Positions 63,305 to 64,000 of a stretch of DNA of 64,000 nt are shown here, one piece after another. The number at the start of each line of letters is the position of its first letter. The stretch's first letter is position 1. The DNA is from an uncultured bacterium (GTDB lineage Bacteria; Patescibacteriota; Minisyncoccia; UBA6257; 2-01-FULL-56-20). The stretch spans positions 98,723 to 162,722 of the forward strand of contig OY970358.1 of the NCBI GenBank assembly GCA_963718575.1, written 5' to 3'. The notes beneath the pieces are model-generated. The model had not been told where the DNA came from, searched no databases, and saw only the letters and a list, made by a program, of their open reading frames with translations. Position numbers and translations under genes: made by a program.

Positions 63305-63646
63305 TCATTTTTCCCGTTCCGTTTCCGTCGAAGGAGAATGCTTTGTTTTATATTTTTGTATCTCCATGTGTAACTTGTTGCGCACTTCATCGATCGCTTT
63401 GCGAATATCGGATGCCGATGCTTCGCCGCGCAGGACCGCGCCGGGCAGTTCAAGATCGCCCGCCGCCATGAACACCTCTTCCCCTTTCCGATGATGCTCG
63501 GTCGTCCGGGAGACCTCCAGGTGCAGTTCCACCTCTCCCTTCCTTTCATACGGCTCCACAAACTTGGCCAGCGGCGCAAGCTTCCCCTCTATATATGTCT
63601 CTAGCGGCGGGGTCACGTCCAGGCTCTTTTTTATGGTTATGTTCAT
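63305..63646 (-). CDS. hpf: Ribosome hibernation promoting factor (HPF/RaiA, short form)
   Basis: MNITIKKSLDVTPPLETYIEGKLAPLAKF...ELHLEV...DIRKAIDEVRNKL. The start is taken at MNITIK. Confidence 0.75.
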   Translation of the reverse strand: MNITIKKSLDVTPPLETYIEGKLAPLAKFVEPYERKGEVELHLEVSRTTEHHRKGEEVFMAAGDLELPGAVLRGEASASDIRKAIDEVRNKLHMEIQKYKTKHSPSTETEREK

Positions 63647-63653
63647 AGTTTTA

Positions 63654-64000
63654 TTATAACAATTGTACCTCCTCTTCCAAAGGAATGCCGAACTTTTTAC
63701 GGACCTCCGCCTTCGCAAGCACGATGAGATTCATGACATCCGTCGATCCGGCGCCGAGCACGTTCACGATAAAGTTGGGATGCTTCGGCGAGATCATCGC
63801 GCCCCCGGTCGAGACGCCGCGCAATCCGGATTCGGAGATGAGTTTCGCCGCGGAGATCACCGGAAACGGATCGGTCTTCACGCTGAAATTTGATCCGCGC
63901 AACGCAAGCGACAATTCGCCGATCGCTTTCTTGTATTGCGCGCTCCCCGCTTTGTGCACCGCGAGCACCGGGACGTTCTTGAAGATGCTGCCGATGTTCG
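63654..64000 (-). CDS. murB: UDP-N-acetylenolpyruvoylglucosamine reductase (MurB), C-terminal part; the gene continues beyond the window
   Basis: GGAMISPKHPNFIVNVLGAGSTDVMNLI...FGIPLEEEV matches the MurB C-terminal domain. Confidence 0.6.
   Translation of the reverse strand, partial: NIGSIFKNVPVLAVHKAGSAQYKKAIGELSLALRGSNFSVKTDPFPVISAAKLISESGLRGVSTGGAMISPKHPNFIVNVLGAGSTDVMNLIVLAKAEVRKKFGIPLEEEVQLL

Overview
This window appears to be bacterial chromosome of roughly 55-60% GC by eye, with several clearly AT-richer islands. The gene content suggests a CPR/Parcubacteria-like organism, though that placement is only an impression: several type IV pilin- and FN3/Ig-repeat surface proteins with C-terminal peptidoglycan-binding domains, and many small operons.

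The first ~20 kb is a composite mobile/defence island:
- A compositionally AT-rich type I restriction-modification operon (hsdR-hsdS-hsdM) is translationally coupled to a large serine recombinase (LSR1).
- A second, paralogous large serine recombinase (LSR2) lies 2.2 kb away in divergent orientation.
- Between the two recombinases sit a polytopic membrane protein and a PD-(D/E)xK + DUF5655-like nuclease gene, preceded by a ~150 bp palindromic, hairpin-rich non-coding element.
- Beyond LSR2 is a capsid-less, phage-satellite-like module: a Zn-ribbon protein, a hypothetical protein, a Cas4-like + DUF2779 dual nuclease, a Zn-finger protein, a MerR-HTH-DEAD helicase, a possible TerS and a TerL.

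The remaining ~44 kb is mostly housekeeping and envelope functions:
- surface proteins and a pilin;
- a znuACBB metal transporter operon and a lexA gene;
- two ECF sigma/anti-sigma pairs, each next to an efflux operon (MarR-EmrAB-like and MacAB-like);
- a GH130 glycoside phosphorylase cluster, PGI/PMI, zwf-gnd and a Doc/Phd toxin-antitoxin pair in an AT-rich patch;
- an OmpR-type response regulator, an FKBP isomerase, a CsaA-like tRNA-binding protein, secA, hpf and a partial murB.

At least 14 genes, including essential secA, carry apparent frameshifts. One was traced to an A5/A4 homopolymer and one to an extra G. This points to indel sequencing errors rather than genome decay, so ORF-based gene lengths in this window are underestimates.
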